From Oopsacas minuta (Eukaryota > Animalia > Porifera), in the NCBI GenBank assembly GCA_024704765.1, contig JAKMXF010000055.1:823264-887263 (forward strand): a stretch of 64,000 nt of DNA. Direction: 5' to 3'. The notes under the pieces are model-generated. The model ran no database searches and was not told where the DNA came from. It saw only the letters and a list, made by a program, of their open reading frames with translations. How positions within the stretch are numbered: the first letter of the stretch is position 1; each line of letters begins with the position of its first letter. Below, piece after piece: positions 1 through 14,900 of this stretch. The position numbers were made by a program, and so were the translations under genes.

Positions 1-1959
1 TGGATATGTATTTCCCCTTAGTTTGTGAGTAGTTGATACATGCATGAATGTGAATAATTATATGTAAGAGCTAGGATAATAACTGATATTATCTTGACAT
101 TAATCTAAAACATCGAAACGTTGATGTATTTCAGATGGCTATCATGTAAGAAGACAAAAAGACAGCCACTACCATAAATTAACAGGAAAAATTTAGGAAA
201 TACATAAAAATTGTTGACTTGTAGATGGAAAAAAACTGGACGTGCTGGAAAAATCTGAAAGCAGATTTGAATTCAGCGTAGAAAACTAGCTTAGAAAATG
301 TCAATCTAATACTTGATGAGAAAATGAAGTTAAATTTTGTTGACCTGTGTAATCAAAGTTTATATGTCTAGTAGAAATGAATAATTCGAAATTATTTGCT
401 AAATTTCAATGATTTAATCAACTAATGTTAGATGTACTATGAAATCATTCTAATAATATGCATATTCACATGATAACTTCCCCATTTGAAATTCAAAACA
501 CTGTTGCTGAAGTGTAAACCTCTTGAAATTTTCTTTTTTGTATTTTTATCAATATTATCTTATATTTCATCCATTCATTAATAGACACTTTTATTTTTAT
601 CACTTTCATCAAAAAATCTTTCACGATTCTACAATTCCAAACACTAATACAAGTCTTATTGATTTACGTTTGTTGTCTATTTCAATATACAGCTTTCTCG
701 AATAGTACTCCAGGACTATTATACATTTCGAGGTTCATTCAGGGGGGGCGATTATTCGAAGAAGGGCTACCTACTATTCGAGGAAAAAGGTATCGAAATT
801 TTTCCCTATATCACAGATTGTATTATTTTCTCCACATTTAGAATCATACTTTCGTTTTGACCGTCCCTCAATGGAACCAAATAGTTTCATTACTTCAAGT
901 GGAATTAATATTTCAAAATGTATCTTCCTTTCTTCCTATTTAAATTATTTCCGTCTCATCGGAACACGTACTTGATGTGTAATAATCAATTGCTATAACA
1001 GAAGTTAGATTTATCTTAGCACGTTTTCTGGTGAGTACGACGCATATAGTATTTTTATGTTCCCTTTTTAGTTCCACCAGACCTTCAGCTGTTACTTTTG
1101 TATATCGAATCCACTTTCAATTCATACAAAGAGGTTGCGAGTTCACTTTCTGTTGGTGCTAGCGTTAGTGATTCTATTTGGGGCATTATTTGTAAAAAAA
1201 ACTACATGGCCGCAATAATCCGGCTCAACGAAAATCTATTCATTTGAAATGGAAAAATAATTCACACAATATACGTGTGTTATTCGAGCGAATAATCGAT
1301 CTATCAGTCTCGCCTCAGCCATCTATAGATTTCATACAGTGTAAATCGCTTTCTCTATGTCCACCACCTCCACAAAGTACAACCAAATCGTTGATTGTGA
1401 GTTATAGTCTCGACTCTTTTCAATAGTGAATTTGCTATCTCTTCAAACTGCCACAATTTATCGAGATATTGTCCATTGCCTGGAATCTGCGTCTTCTTTT
1501 CATGATAATCATGAAGGAATATGTTGGGAGCCAATTGAACAGGATTTGTTAGATGATAGGCTAATGGTAATTTGGTCTTCAGCTGCATCAGACCCATCTC
1601 ATTACTATGATTTGAGAGATGAGCAATACAGTATCGACCTTTGCGGATGTAATGATAGTAGTAGTTTAGTCGAATATTATTATTACAACAATCACCAGGC
1701 TCAGTTGTGGATTGATGGTAGTAACTTTTACCGTTATCGGAGTCCAAATTCATACGAATGTTTTTGGGAATTTGAAAGCATTGAATTTGTAGTGTAGTTC
1801 ATTCGTAAATAATTTTCCAAAAAGTCAGCATGAAAATCAAGACATTGAGCAGACAGCCATGTTGCTAATGTGGATAGTTCTACATAAATTGATTGTAAAT
1901 CAATTATTTTGTTTGAGAATAAGTACTTGCTCCTGACCAAAGATCAGATAAGTTTATTT

Positions 1960-4009
1960 ATTCATTGGGTAGTCAAATTGAGAGACCAGTTTTCTTGTAT
2001 TGGTATTGAGGCATTTAAAGCTCTCCATGCTAATTGCACTAATGCTATAGGATATGCGGAATAGAAATTTCCCCGGATTGTCACCAACCCCTGGCTGTGA
2101 AAAATACTCCTCATCTTCGTGTTGATGAGGATTTTGAAATTTAAGATTCCATCAAAATGCAACAATATTATCTCAAATACAGTTAATGACCAAATAGTCC
2201 CGTTATCTGACAAATTTGATGTATTTCTTATGACACCAGAGTCAAACGTCTATGGAGAATTTCTTCTTGAGATTGGTGAATGGGATCGTATTCATTTTAT
2301 CGATTTACAAGGTAGAGATATGTTGAATAGAGATTGGACAGCTGTGTTTAGCAATAAAATATCTAAAATATATCCAGCATGTGTTCTTAAATTTAACAAT
2401 TATTAGTTTAAAAAGTCTTCCAGCCGAAAAATAAATGCGCCCTACTTTCGAGCATCTGCTGAATGCAAGTTTTATAATTGTTACAAATTTGAGTTTTGTG
2501 TTGACGAGCTTGTAACTACGAAACAATCACAATACAATATGTAGTAAGTGGTTCACTCTCCTTGCAACATTCTGATGGAGAGACTGTACATGCACGTCAT
2601 ATATCTGGTAGTTTGCGAAAATTTATGGAGAAAGTCTTCAGCACACATCTGTCACAAATATTTTTCATAACAGTTCAACTGTCAAAGTAGCTCAATGGAA
2701 TATTGTAGAGGTAATTTTCCGAACTTGAGGTCTCAAGAATACTTAAGACAGATAAAAACTGAAGTTATATCATCTAATAGATTTTCTAATGATCTAATTA
2801 CAGCATTCAAGAATATTATCGTAACTTATTGAGTGAAAAGCCAATACCTGGTTACATTCAATATTTTGTTAAGGAACCCTTCATTATGCATCTATATATG
2901 AAGAGGCAGAGAGAGGTGTTGAAATATTTGACTAAAGATACAGTTTTGCATTTGGATGCTACAGGTTCCATTATACGTTAGCCCCAGTTTTGCACCAAAT
3001 CTATTTATTATTATGCTTTAAGTCTACAACATCCCGACTACCACATTACACCTATCCCTGTAGCAGAAATGATAAGTTCGGACCAAGGAACTGGTGAGTT
3101 AACCCACTTCCTTAACAAATGGTACTTGAATTCAAAGTTAATTCTACACAAAGAAATATTCATAACAAGAGTGGAAATAGATTACAGTTGGGCATTGATT
3201 CATAGCACATGTATCGCATTTAATAAAATAAATATTTTAGGGTATTCAGAGAGTTGTTGGAGAAATGTAAATTCAGACGAAAGATCGGTTGATGTGGATG
3301 TCTTCACTGTAATTCATTTATGTTCTGCTCACGTAATTCATAAGTTGAGTCAGAACTTGCAAAAACATTCAAAATCGATAAAACTCTCAAACAACTAATC
3401 CTGCATGTCTTTGGTGCAATTTTTAGAAGTATTACAATGAGAGAAATAAAACGACTTTTCATATTACTGTGTAATGTTTTATCTGTTGAGCATTCAACCG
3501 AAATTGTCAGTTCAAGTTTAGTAGAGGTAAACGATTTAGTGAAGGGTAAAATAGAATTGCAGTTAGAAAACGAAGGAAAATTTGAACCTGATACTGATAC
3601 GAAAGAGAATCCTACCACTTATCGTTGTAAATCACCATTTGGTAGACATTTCGATACTCTAAGAAAAAATAATTGCACAGATCATGTAATTCACAAAGGC
3701 AATCGATCAAATCCATGTTATTCTCTGGAAGTTTTAGAATATCTGCTGACATATTATATGCCAATTGTACCTCTTTGGACTGGAATTATACTGTCTAGGA
3801 GCAATGAAAACCTGTGTAAGGCTAGTAAAGCAAATGCAGAAATTTGGTTCAGAATAGTCAAACATCCAATTTTAGAAACGAAGGTAAACCTAAGAGCTAG
3901 CGATTTTATACGTACAATGTATGAATATGTGAATGACAGAATTGATGCATTTAATTTTAGATTTCATCCTTTGGCTACCAACATATCTAAAAGTAGGAAA
4001 GGAAATTAG
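1960..4009 (+). pseudogene. Decayed Mutator-superfamily (NOF/FB-NOF-like) DDE transposase
   Basis: Broken frames (track ORFs 2119-2406, 3069-3398, 3437-4009) join into ordered MULE/NOF-type motifs: CVLKFNNY*FKKSSSRKINAPYFRASAECKF; LHLDATGSII (~2946, D1); YYYAL..PIPVAEMISS; VEIDYSWALIHSTCIAFN (D2); HLCSAH (CxxH); ANAEIWFRIVKHPIL (E). Several stops and frameshifts. No TIRs located. Confidence 0.75.
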
Positions 4010-4408
4010 AAATACAAAATGAAGAAAATTCCAAAGAAAAATGGTGTCGCAGAAGTAAATGCCAACAGAGTTACATCAATCCTAATCTAAGTAGGGAGAT
4101 ATAGTTTTTGAAGCAATAAATGTACATAAAACGGGAGGGAAAGCTAATAATAAGAGAAAAAATTCTGCATTTGTAATTCCACACAAAAAAGGAATATTGA
4201 CAAAGATTCTGTAAGAAACACGAGCCCAGATGTTGTCCTCTCAGTTAATAACGTTGAAATTATAACAGATTTGGATCTAATAGAATTGTGCACTTTAAAT
4301 TATGATCTTCCAAGTTATAATCCCATCCCCCAAACAGGAAAGTTAGATATTTATAACACGTTACTTAATGTCAGGGTAAGTCTAGGAATAAATAATATTA
4401 ATAGTTAA

Positions 4409-4870
4409 ATGAACAGGCCGTTGAATTATTATATACCTAGCAGAGCTCAGTATATTCCTGGAGATGGGGACTGCATAATTTCTTCCTTAGCATATTCTGT
4501 GTCAGGTTCGCCAGATAATTCTCATATAATACGTATATGCATTGTAGACAGTATGTCAAATTCGCTAAAAGAAAATGTGGAGAAATTATTACTAACAAAT
4601 ACCCAAATACTTATAGGAACACAATAGATTATATAAATTAAAACAAACATCAAAGGGAATGGAGTATGAGGTGGAAATTTGGAACTATTTACAGCAGCGC
4701 TTCTATTTAAGACTGACATATGGGTGTTTATGAAAGAGACTGAAAATAGTTGGAATGTATTCTCCGGCAAAGGTTCTTCATTTGATGAGGTATTGAATTC
4801 GCCTCACGCTAATGCTAATGGATCAATATATTATACATACAGGTAATCACTCTGAACCTGTTAGAAATTT
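4409..4870 (+). pseudogene. OTU-like cysteine protease domain downstream of, and probably fused to, the NOF-like transposase
   Basis: IPGDGDCIISSLAYSVSG..HIIR..IVDSM (catalytic D/C loop); then V*GGNLELFTAALLFKTDIWVF (WGG motif with TGG>TGA); then, after a frameshift, IHTGNHSEPV (His at 4848-4850). Confidence 0.75.
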
Positions 4871-6638
4871 TGGACAAGATTATAGTATAGGTACAACAAT
4901 AGAGGTCTAGTAATATTTGATTCCTTAAATATAGCTTAGCTATAACACAGTTTTTTCGTAATAATATAAAAACCCCATGTCAACAGAATAACGATGAAAT
5001 TTGTAAATTGTTGAAAAGTAAATTGGAGGGCGCTCCTTTAATGCAATACAGCGTATCTCTGAAGAATAATGTTACGCCCTACGAGCAATGAACATTAAAA
5101 GGGACAAGTAAGAACGAAAGAAATAGAAATTGATGCCAGTAAAGTGAAGGTAATATGATCTAACCTAGAATATATATGTGAGTCATTAAAGCTTCAAAGT
5201 TTTTGCTACCTACTTGAGAGGTACACAACTAAATACATCAGCTCAACTCGTACACAACAAATCAAGACTACGCAAGGATCATATAATCTTATAATCTGAT
5301 GCATTCTGTGAATTTGACCAAAGTTTTCGTATTTATTGAACTGAATATCAATTCACCAATAAATAAAACTATTTTTAGATTCACAAATCATTTCGTATTA
5401 CATCAAACAGTTGATATTGCAGTAATCTACATGCGTTACTATAGTTCGAATGGATTAGAATGTTTCATTAAATTTGTGTGCTTAGTACAAATCTAATAAA
5501 GACTCAATTCTAACAAGCCAGATTTCAAATGTAAATATCTCAAAAAGTTTTGCTTATTTTGCCATAATATTTTAAACACATAAACGTCCATATAGCAGGA
5601 ATACATGCCCATGATTTCAGGAAAAAATAATTTATTTAAGTATACTAAATTCATATGTGAACTACTGCTGGTTAGATGCACAAATTTCTATTAGAAATAA
5701 TTAAAGTTTATAAAATATAAATTTATTTTCAGAAATGTCCGTATCTCTTCTTTCGAATGGCCTAAAAATATTGACATTCTGACAATGGGAAGTTGGGCAT
5801 ATTAATGGTTGAAGTACTGCTGGTCGAATATTCAGCCAACTTCACACTAGTATTCAGGATAGCAAATATTTAGTAAACTCCCGACTTCCCATAACACAAA
5901 TTGATATATCTCTTACCAATAAGACGTAACCTTGAAGAGGCCAAATATGGTAATTTATGTGGTTGCTCAATAATCTTTGTGAATATAATATCAAAACATA
6001 TTACAAGGGTATGAGAAATTGAGTGTATACTATAAATGACCTTCCTGATTTGTCCATAATTTATGCGATTATCGAGGATATTAACAAAACATGTGCAATA
6101 CATGGTCTGTGCGAAACTCAAAATGTTGGAACTTTCTCATGACAATTTTTTATATTTTGTAAGGAAACAATGTTAGATCATTTGGTATTTCAACATTTAA
6201 TAATAGTTTAATTATTGACGTTCTACATGATTTCAAAGATTGAGCATTTTTAATACATACTTGCTATTTACGCTAACAGATGACTTCATTTCGCTCTGAA
6301 AATTGTGGCTTTCGTGCATTCTTACATATCAGCAATACATTTATTCGGTGAAAAGATAGTAATTTCATAATAGTGGCGATCAAAGAATTACCCATCAATA
6401 TATCTACTTTCTTTATATCTATGGAAAAAGTAGCGATCTTATCTGTATCAGCCTATTTATAGTTAAATAAGTTCTAATATCCAAAGAAACATAAAGTGTT
6501 CAAGTAATTATCATTCATTCCAGGTCTAGTTCTAAACTTATTACATAGGCATGAATAAACAGTGATGCCAGAAGATTTCCTTCAATCGCGGATGAGACTT
6601 TCTTGAAATTGTTGAAGCAATTGCATTAAAGGTTCGCC

Positions 6639-6696
6639 CAGTAGCGGATTTGTGGTATGTGTGGGTAAGATTCTTACAAGGCTTGCTACGCCACTG
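6639..6696. repeat. 58-bp mini element with hAT-like termini
   Basis: CAGTAGCGGA...TACGCCACTG, 8/10 inverted match resembling CAGTGGCGTA-type hAT ends. Confidence 0.35.
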
Positions 6697-7299
6697 TATT
6701 GTCCTCATGTTATTTACACTTACAAGAGAAAAAACTAAGTTACATAAGTTTGGGATCCCGAGATTGCTAGCTGTAAGTGGATCTTATCGACATCTTCTGA
6801 TATATTCTTGAAAGATAACTCATTAGCATTCGAATAAACGATATTCTATACAGTAGAAATCGGTTTATTGTCTAAAACGAGCACAAGTATGGTCTGAGAC
6901 AATCTACAGACTTCATATTGTATGAATATCGGTTATTCCAATGTAAATGAGTTAGCCTTCAAGAATATATCCATGTCGATAAGATACACTATACAAATTG
7001 AAAATTTCCTCGGGGAAATAAGGACAAATATCTGGACCAGTTACGGAGTTCGGCACAATATGGCATATGAATCAATATAAACTAAGTAGTCATAACAAAA
7101 CAAACGGTAACATCATGGTTTCATGTGATTAATGTAAGAAATATGAAAAATTGGGGAACTAGCAGGTGATTCAGTAAATCATATTAAATATTTATAGAGA
7201 GCTTGGATATGTACATAACTAGACTTAACTAGACTAGCGGCGTCGAACAAGGGGCCACTCTCGGTGTAGGACAAATTTTGAGAATGAAAGGTTGCCACA

Positions 7300-7900
7300 T
7301 TCCTGAAACATTATTGCGTTGCTAGGGAAAACAAATCCCGAACAATTTCAAATGACCATTCAGATAAAACCATTTGATTCAAACTGTCTGAGTAATATGC
7401 ATTCAAACACCTTCGAAATGTGTCCAAAGTGGCAGATAAAACTGAGCGTGCATATCCGTAGGTTCAACAGTCTTTCTTTCGAGCTAGAGCATATAGTAAA
7501 TTCCCTAATTTTAGATGATGTATTTATGTTGTGCGCGAAATATGTCAAACATCGACTTTATTCAAGTGTATCCTTTAACTCATCAATAAGCAATCAGATA
7601 GTAAGAGTGCTAATATCCGTAATTCTAGTGGGTGCAGAATTAGAGACAATTAGTTTTATTATTTTTCTGTGGGCAAAGTATTCAATACGCAAATTCATGA
7701 TTCTAACATTCAGGAACATTTAGTTATTGTTCAGAGCTGTTAGCATCGAATTTGACAACTATCGAAACAAATCGGATAGAAGCACAAAGTTTGGGACAGA
7801 GTTGCACTAAGATGGGCATAAACCTTCTAGAAAGGGAGCCAATTCTTCGAAGTTCAGGGTGTGATGCCCACATTTTTAATCCGATAATAATCAATCTTCA
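7300..7900 (-). mobile_element. Possible LINE reverse-transcriptase remnant
   Basis: Only one motif: HISKVFECILLRQF, resembling the RT ISKVFEKII motif. Many stops. Confidence 0.3.
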
Positions 7901-10149
7901 AAACTTCGCACAATGAATTTAGAGGATAGTGCATTCTCTTAATTATTGACTAATGACATCCTATGGTGCAATTCGGTAATTCACATAATATCCTATTCTG
8001 TGATTCCCAGATCAAATTATCCAGTTTGACCAATTTCAATTTCATCTTCCACTTTTTCAGTTTTCAAATTCACTTAGGAATTCGAATCTGGGGGAGGGGA
8101 CCAAGTTACTTAACTAAAATATCAAGGACAATGTATGCAGCCCAGAGGTAATCTCCCACCTTAATATTATATTTAACAAACATTTGTTAAACAAAACTTT
8201 GACTAAGTACATCACAACAAAGGTTACGCTATCAGCAGCAGTGATGATGTTAATAAAATGGTAACATAAGAGATATTTCAAGCATCAGATAACTTACAAT
8301 ACTTGTGCATCTACCCACAACTGAGCTCGTTATATTGAAGAAATCAAATCAAATTTCTACAGAGTCTTCAATATCAATACAATTACAGAAATCACACTTT
8401 AGAGTGTTATACACAAATAATTAAGAGGTAGATGTTGCACACAATAAAAAGACATAATCTCTTAATTTGGATAAAATTGTCAATAATCAAGATTACCAAA
8501 TAATTAAAAACATGAATTTGATATTGAACGCTCAACTCATTAGATATAACAATGTTGTTCTGCTAAAACTCACTTTAACCTATTCAAATGAGCAAGAGGA
8601 CTAACTGGACATCCAAATTGGGAATATTGCGAATCGAATTATTGCCAATTATTGCGAAGTCGAAATAATTGGTGAGTAAAACGATATTCTAGCAAATGCG
8701 GAGGATACAGTTAGAGAGTCATGAGAAAAGTTTGCCACTAAACACATACTACACTTCACCAATTGCAAAAAGTCTACTTTCTCGATTGGGGAGAAGATAT
8801 TATACTAGCAATTGGAATGGTATTCATAAAGCAAAAATGGTACAATTATGCCGAAGTAAATGTATTCGAGATACGTGGAATATCATGCTCATAAACCATT
8901 AAAGCAAGAAGAATTTCAAAGTAAGATTTGATAGGAAAAATGGCTCAATCTTTGATGAAATGTAAAACGATAAATATCGAATCGATGATTAAAAGTTAGT
9001 ATGCGACATGATCAATACTCGTTCAGGCATTTGTAAAGCAATTCAAATATAGTTGGCCACTCTTGAGATACATTAGTGACCATGGATGGCAAATTTTATC
9101 CATATACATTTATTTGTCGAAAAATCTTAATGCCATGACAAAACTCATTATTGCCAATTGTTGGTAGATTAACCGACGTCGATACCAATATAAAACAATA
9201 AATAAATTTAGATTATATATCTCCTACCACTGTAACAAAACTGAGCATTACCATGTATGGCATTATCGCAGAATGTGTAAGCATCCTTGTAGATAAATAA
9301 CGTTCTACATGTCATCAAAGATCAAACAATATTTTGCAAATATGGCTTACTAAGCAGAGAAATTGACAAGTTAAGAAATTTTTTATTTTCCTGGTTTGGA
9401 GACATGATGATCTAAATATATCTAATAGTTTTAGTAGGGATAAGTTAGTTTTTGGGTCATATGAAAATCATTAAGTATACAAATATAATATTTACCGTTC
9501 GTTTATTAGTATATCCTTATTCTAAAGATTCTAGGATGATAGTAGGTCTAAAATAGAGTAGGCCGTACAAACCCTTAATACGATTTTGCTTCTAGTATTA
9601 CAATATTAATCAAAAACCTAATACAATTCCTATGAGAAAATAATTAAACGGCAAGATTTAAATCATGACCTTCAGTTAAGGCTGCGCGTTTATTAATACA
9701 TAAAATAGTCCAAGGAAGGGGGAAGGTGTTAAGTGGCGGTCAGGCAATGACTTGATCTAGTGTAAAATGGTCAGGCCATGGCCTGACTGGTCTCACAAAT
9801 TTCGTAGCCCACACGATCAGTACGGGTACTGACTGTTTCGGGTATAATTTGCAACATATACATTGGATTAGGCAGCAAGAATATCAGAATAATATTGGAT
9901 ACTAAAAATGTCGTAAGCATAGAGAGACGTAATATAAAAATTGAACTCAATAACTGTGAATTATACTGGTGAGAGAGCATTGAATAGGAATGAATTTCAA
10001 GGAAATTAATGGGATCCAGAACAATTCATGGATATGCAGATCAAACAGTGATTTCACAAGGATCAAAAGATTGTAAGTAATTAAACCACACTTACAAACA
10101 TAAATGTTGCTGGTAAATACAAAAATATACACAGTACATTAATATAAAA

Positions 10150-11900
10150 AAGATAACAGAGATAGATTTTTAGAGAAACATTAAGACAATATAGTGTTAC
10201 TTACAAGCAAAATTTGTATTAGAACGTTGCAGATTGTGATCCATAAAAGAAGCATTTACTAAACAAATAGAGTTAAGTATTGGCAGGAATAATGAATTTA
10301 GATTACCATGCATAAACCAATAAACAAGTTGTGGGTTAGCTGAATTAAGTATCGCAGCTAATGTATCAAGAGAAGCATTTACAACATTGTGATTAGGATG
10401 TGTAGTGGTATGAAAGACAAACACAGTGGCCTAGATAGAAAAAGAAGATTATAAACCTTGAGAATAAATTTTCAGACAATATCTAAACTCGATCGGGGAT
10501 GGGCGACAGTTTCAAATACTTGCGAAATTTCGTAACACCCAAGCTAAACTTAGTGGTCACCTATATTGGCACCAGTAAATAGGCTACAAACATGCAAATT
10601 CCACTGTAATTCATATTTAATGAAGTGCACTAGAAAGATCTAAACTAAATTTGAAATTGTGACATTTATCAGTGGACCTGTGATAAGACAAATCAATGCA
10701 GAAGCAAAGTAAGACTCAACGCTGATAGCCATAGGCGCCAGGTTTGAGGTCAGACCACTCAGGTTTAGTGATAAAGACTGTATTTTTTGTGATATTTACA
10801 TATAGGTAGCAGCAATTTCGCAAGGTGGATCCCAGGCATGATTCTATTCCCATAAACTCAGGGCCAATACTGAAAGTAATATACACATTTCACTCAGATA
10901 ATTGATAGTGAATTCATATTCAGTTACTTGGGATCGAGATACTCAAGGTACTTGGACAATTTAATCAAAATTGTTGATGTAGAATGTGAACCAGATGGAA
11001 TAGTGACCAGAAGAGCTAATGGTAGGTCTAAATTAATCAAGAAAGCAGATTAGTTAGAGCGATTTACACAGGATATCAAATGATAATTGCCAACACAGAA
11101 AAGTCTGTAATGAATCATCCTCGACAATATCTGGACTCGATCGGTAAATGTTTGAATAATCTGTGAAGGACTGCTAATTAAAATTCTTTCCAACAAGAGA
11201 ATGGTGAACTAAAAACTGAGAGATCAATAATAGAATTAACGTCCACAGAGACATAGTGTTGAGAGGATGGAAATCTCAGAATGTAATAGCGAAGTGTTTC
11301 TCTACGGTTGTCAACTTTGGCACACTTTCTTCATGTCTAGAATATCAAGCCAAACATTTCAAGCCAGGATTCAATTTTAGTTCAACCAGGGTGTCGATAT
11401 GCGTATAGATATATGTATGATCTAGATGCAAGGATTGGTGTTAAAGATCTGTTCTTCCTGATCTTTATTAATTTCTTATGAGGAGGTAGAGGAATTAAGC
11501 ACATGCAAGGGTGACAAAGTGATTTGTTTTATGCAATTGGCACTTTGGTGGCACAGATAAGAATGTTCTGAGGCACACAAGTTTGCAAGGCCACATCGGA
11601 TGAGAACCTCTATGATAGAGAATTGTCTTCAGAGAGCATCAAATTTCGAGGATTATAACACTGGTTAATGAATAACTTCCTTCTTGAATGAAGGTGATAT
11701 ATTTTGGAACAAATTTGTTCTGATTCTAAATATGCCATCAATATTCCTTATACAACTAATTTTTGAATTTCAATGCTTTTAGATAGACGGGATTTCAATT
11801 AATATAAATACTATTGTTAAATTTGATATTTTCTAGGTCGTTAAAACTCTTTAATTAATACTAAATATTCAATGCAACCCTGATTATATGTTGTAAATCA
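10150..11900 (-). mobile_element. Heavily decayed CR1-like LINE (RT and C-terminus)
   Basis: Ordered degenerate RT motifs on the minus strand: INKDQEEQIFNTNPC (QHGF..SC-like), DILDMKK (LDFxKA-like), SQHYVSVD, NIYRSSPDIVEDDSLQTFLCWQLSF (DxxxLQxDL..WQLxF-like), KYLEYLDPK (KYLGV-like), NLNSLFLPILNS (WNSLP-like). Confidence 0.6.
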
Positions 11901-14900
11901 AATGCTAAATCATTTTGTATGCATTGATATCAAAGTTGTGGATTTGATTGATATTTCATCAAATCCAAATCAAGTCAAATCCACAACTCTGAAGTGGTAC
12001 AAATAAACGAGGCCTGCCCTGATATACGTAATACGAATGTCCACTGCAAGTATTGTATGATAATAATAACTACAGGGTGTGGTACACGAATTAATTTCTG
12101 GGTAACCCTGTTCCCATGACAACCATGTGACAGCGCGTGATAATAGATTACAGTTTCAAAAGATCATGCGACAGTGTGTTAGATTTTATAGACAGATCCT
12201 GGCAATGAATAAAATATATCCATATGCGCACTAAAAGCTAATTTGAACTTAAAAAGGATTTGACTCTGACATTTAATCAAATTCGAATAAAACAATTCAT
12301 TTCCACTTATAATGCATCAAATCCATCCAAATCAAATAAAATTCACAATTCTAACTGATATTCATATGTTAGCTATTATTTATATGCATATTCTTCCATC
12401 AAAACATTGGAAATGTGAAAACATCATATCTGTTGTTACTTAAATCCCACCTATTATGCATTATGTGGCTACCAGATAGTCGTTATATATGTGATATCTA
12501 CAAAATGGATAATAGGCTTAAGTAAATAACCTATATATTAATGGAACTATGAAATAATAAACATGGATAATAGCATTGAAAGAGTAAATTGAAATATAAG
12601 TATGAAGAAGACTTTGGAGATGACATATATTATACAAGGTTTTGTACATGAATAAAGTAACGGAATACCTATCCTAAATTATGTTGTTAATAATAGTATG
12701 AAGAAAATGTTTAAAGAACGCTTAATCTGAACAGCTCCTTTTTATGGAAATTTAGATAATATTAGACTAATATATATTACATCAAACTATTTCTTTAGGA
12801 ATCAATAATGGGTCAATGACCGTATAATTTTGGAATCAGACGAGATTACAATCCATAGAAATATTGAATTAACATAATTTCATCAAACAATAATTTGAGG
12901 AAGAATTACCTAGAAGCTTACAACAACATAAAAGTTACAATAACAACGAAATTCAGTAAAAGTAGGAGAACTTTCACCACAAAATTTACCTATGAAAACA
13001 TTAATTATTGGTAATCCAACAATAAATACATTTTGTAAAGATTGTAAATATAAGTCTAAAAACTAATTTAATGATCTTGCATATTGCTTAAAAAAACTAG
13101 CTTTGATTAATTGAATGAATAAATTTTAACAAGGGAATTCTGGAGAGAGAATTCACGATTACATTGTCTTAAATTTTAAGTAATCTTAGAGGGCAATTTA
13201 AATAAAGTTACACATACAATATTTCTCCCAATATCAATCAAAAATCGCCCTAAGCTTTATTACATAAGCAAATAGCAGAATAGTACTGTCTATTAGTATA
13301 ACAATTGCCATTTCTAAAAAACTCAAATTTAATGAAATAAACTTCCCATACCGATAATATATTTTGATATGATATCTTGTTTCATAGTGACGCAATCCTG
13401 AATATGCCCGATTATGGTCATTATAAGATTCCGGAATAGACTTCAGAGATATCAAATCAAAGTGTAATATCAGGGTTTGGGCAATTCGGTATGTATCATA
13501 ATGTGGCTATCTTGATAACACTATAACTGTAACAATTATGGAATTGAAAAGAAGCGAAATCCATAGTTTCAGCTGTAACTTAAGAACTAGCCAACTTTAT
13601 CATAACATTTTTTAGAAATTTTGCACAAAAATATATTTCTCCTAATTAATATTTGAAATTCGAAATCCTAGATCAATATCATTCGTTTTATAGCGTTAGC
13701 ATTATTCCAACATATCAACCTATATGGCGATAACCTGACTTCTTTTTCGACCTGAAAAGTTTTCTAGATGCCAAATGTGTGATTTATCACATTATATTAG
13801 TTAATCTTGTTGACAGCTTCAAAATATTGGTTAATATCATAAGTTATTGCCTTCTAATCAACTACAATGCACTTTATATTCATCACTTGCCCAGAAAAAT
13901 AATTGTAGTGTACAGAACTACCGATATAAAGTAATTCAGCACCAAGGTATTATTAGGTACTACATGTTATACTATAATGAAATTATGAAAATAATGAACA
14001 AGCACTCAGCAAAACTGCTACTATCAATAGATAATTATAAGTCAGATGATATTTTAGCAAAAATCATCTGACTGATATTTATCTTAGAAATAGTAGTGAA
14101 TTAGTTTGAAAAATATTTTAGTAGAGAGACATTGTTGGATGCTTGCTATGAAATATCCTACTACTACTCTGTATGTATAACGATATTTCCCTTATCTCAA
14201 ATTGTAGGTATAGTAGATTTATAGAAGTAAATATAATCCATATATACAGCATAATTTGGCAAATGGGAACAGAAAAGTTACAATTGAAAAACAATTGTTT
14301 GATTAGTGAAAAAGATTGAAGCAATACCATAGGTTGTAGAAAGATAATTTTAAATCATAAGAATATTTTTGCGAAATATACTTCAGAACTATAAATTGAT
14401 GAAACCAGTATAATAGATTCATCAATTTTTGAATTGATTTTAAGTCCAATGTACTAAATTCATACTTGATAAACGAGTAAATTAGTAATATGCATGCTAT
14501 TATGGAATATATATTTTCCAAAAATAAATTCCAACAAATCGATGTAGCCCTTCCATACGATGTTAAGAAAATATATCTGAGCGCCCGCTGGGGGTCTGAA
14601 AAATTGTGTAATACTTCATAAATGCTAGTACTTTAAGCATGATAATTCTAATGTCGGTAATAAGACAATTTTATGATTACATTATAACTTGAAACCATAT
14701 ATATTTATTCATGAATGGTTGCTATATGGTCTGTAGGTATTCGTTGTAAAATATTTATGATAAGAAATTCTAAAATTTATCTACTTTACATTGCTGTAAT
14801 CCAAATTCCTTTGGGAAATATAGGATATATAATTTATTTCCGATTAAATAGACAATGAAGAATCATAAAGTATTATTAAAATTTGTATTCGTTTTTGACT

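Noticed and set aside
11935-11987. 13-bp perfect hairpin GTTGTGGATTTGA/TCAAATCCACAAC as a terminator or origin
   Set aside because: It lies in AAATCC-rich repeat-like sequence (also at 12.3 and 16.6-16.8 kb) and has no supporting context.
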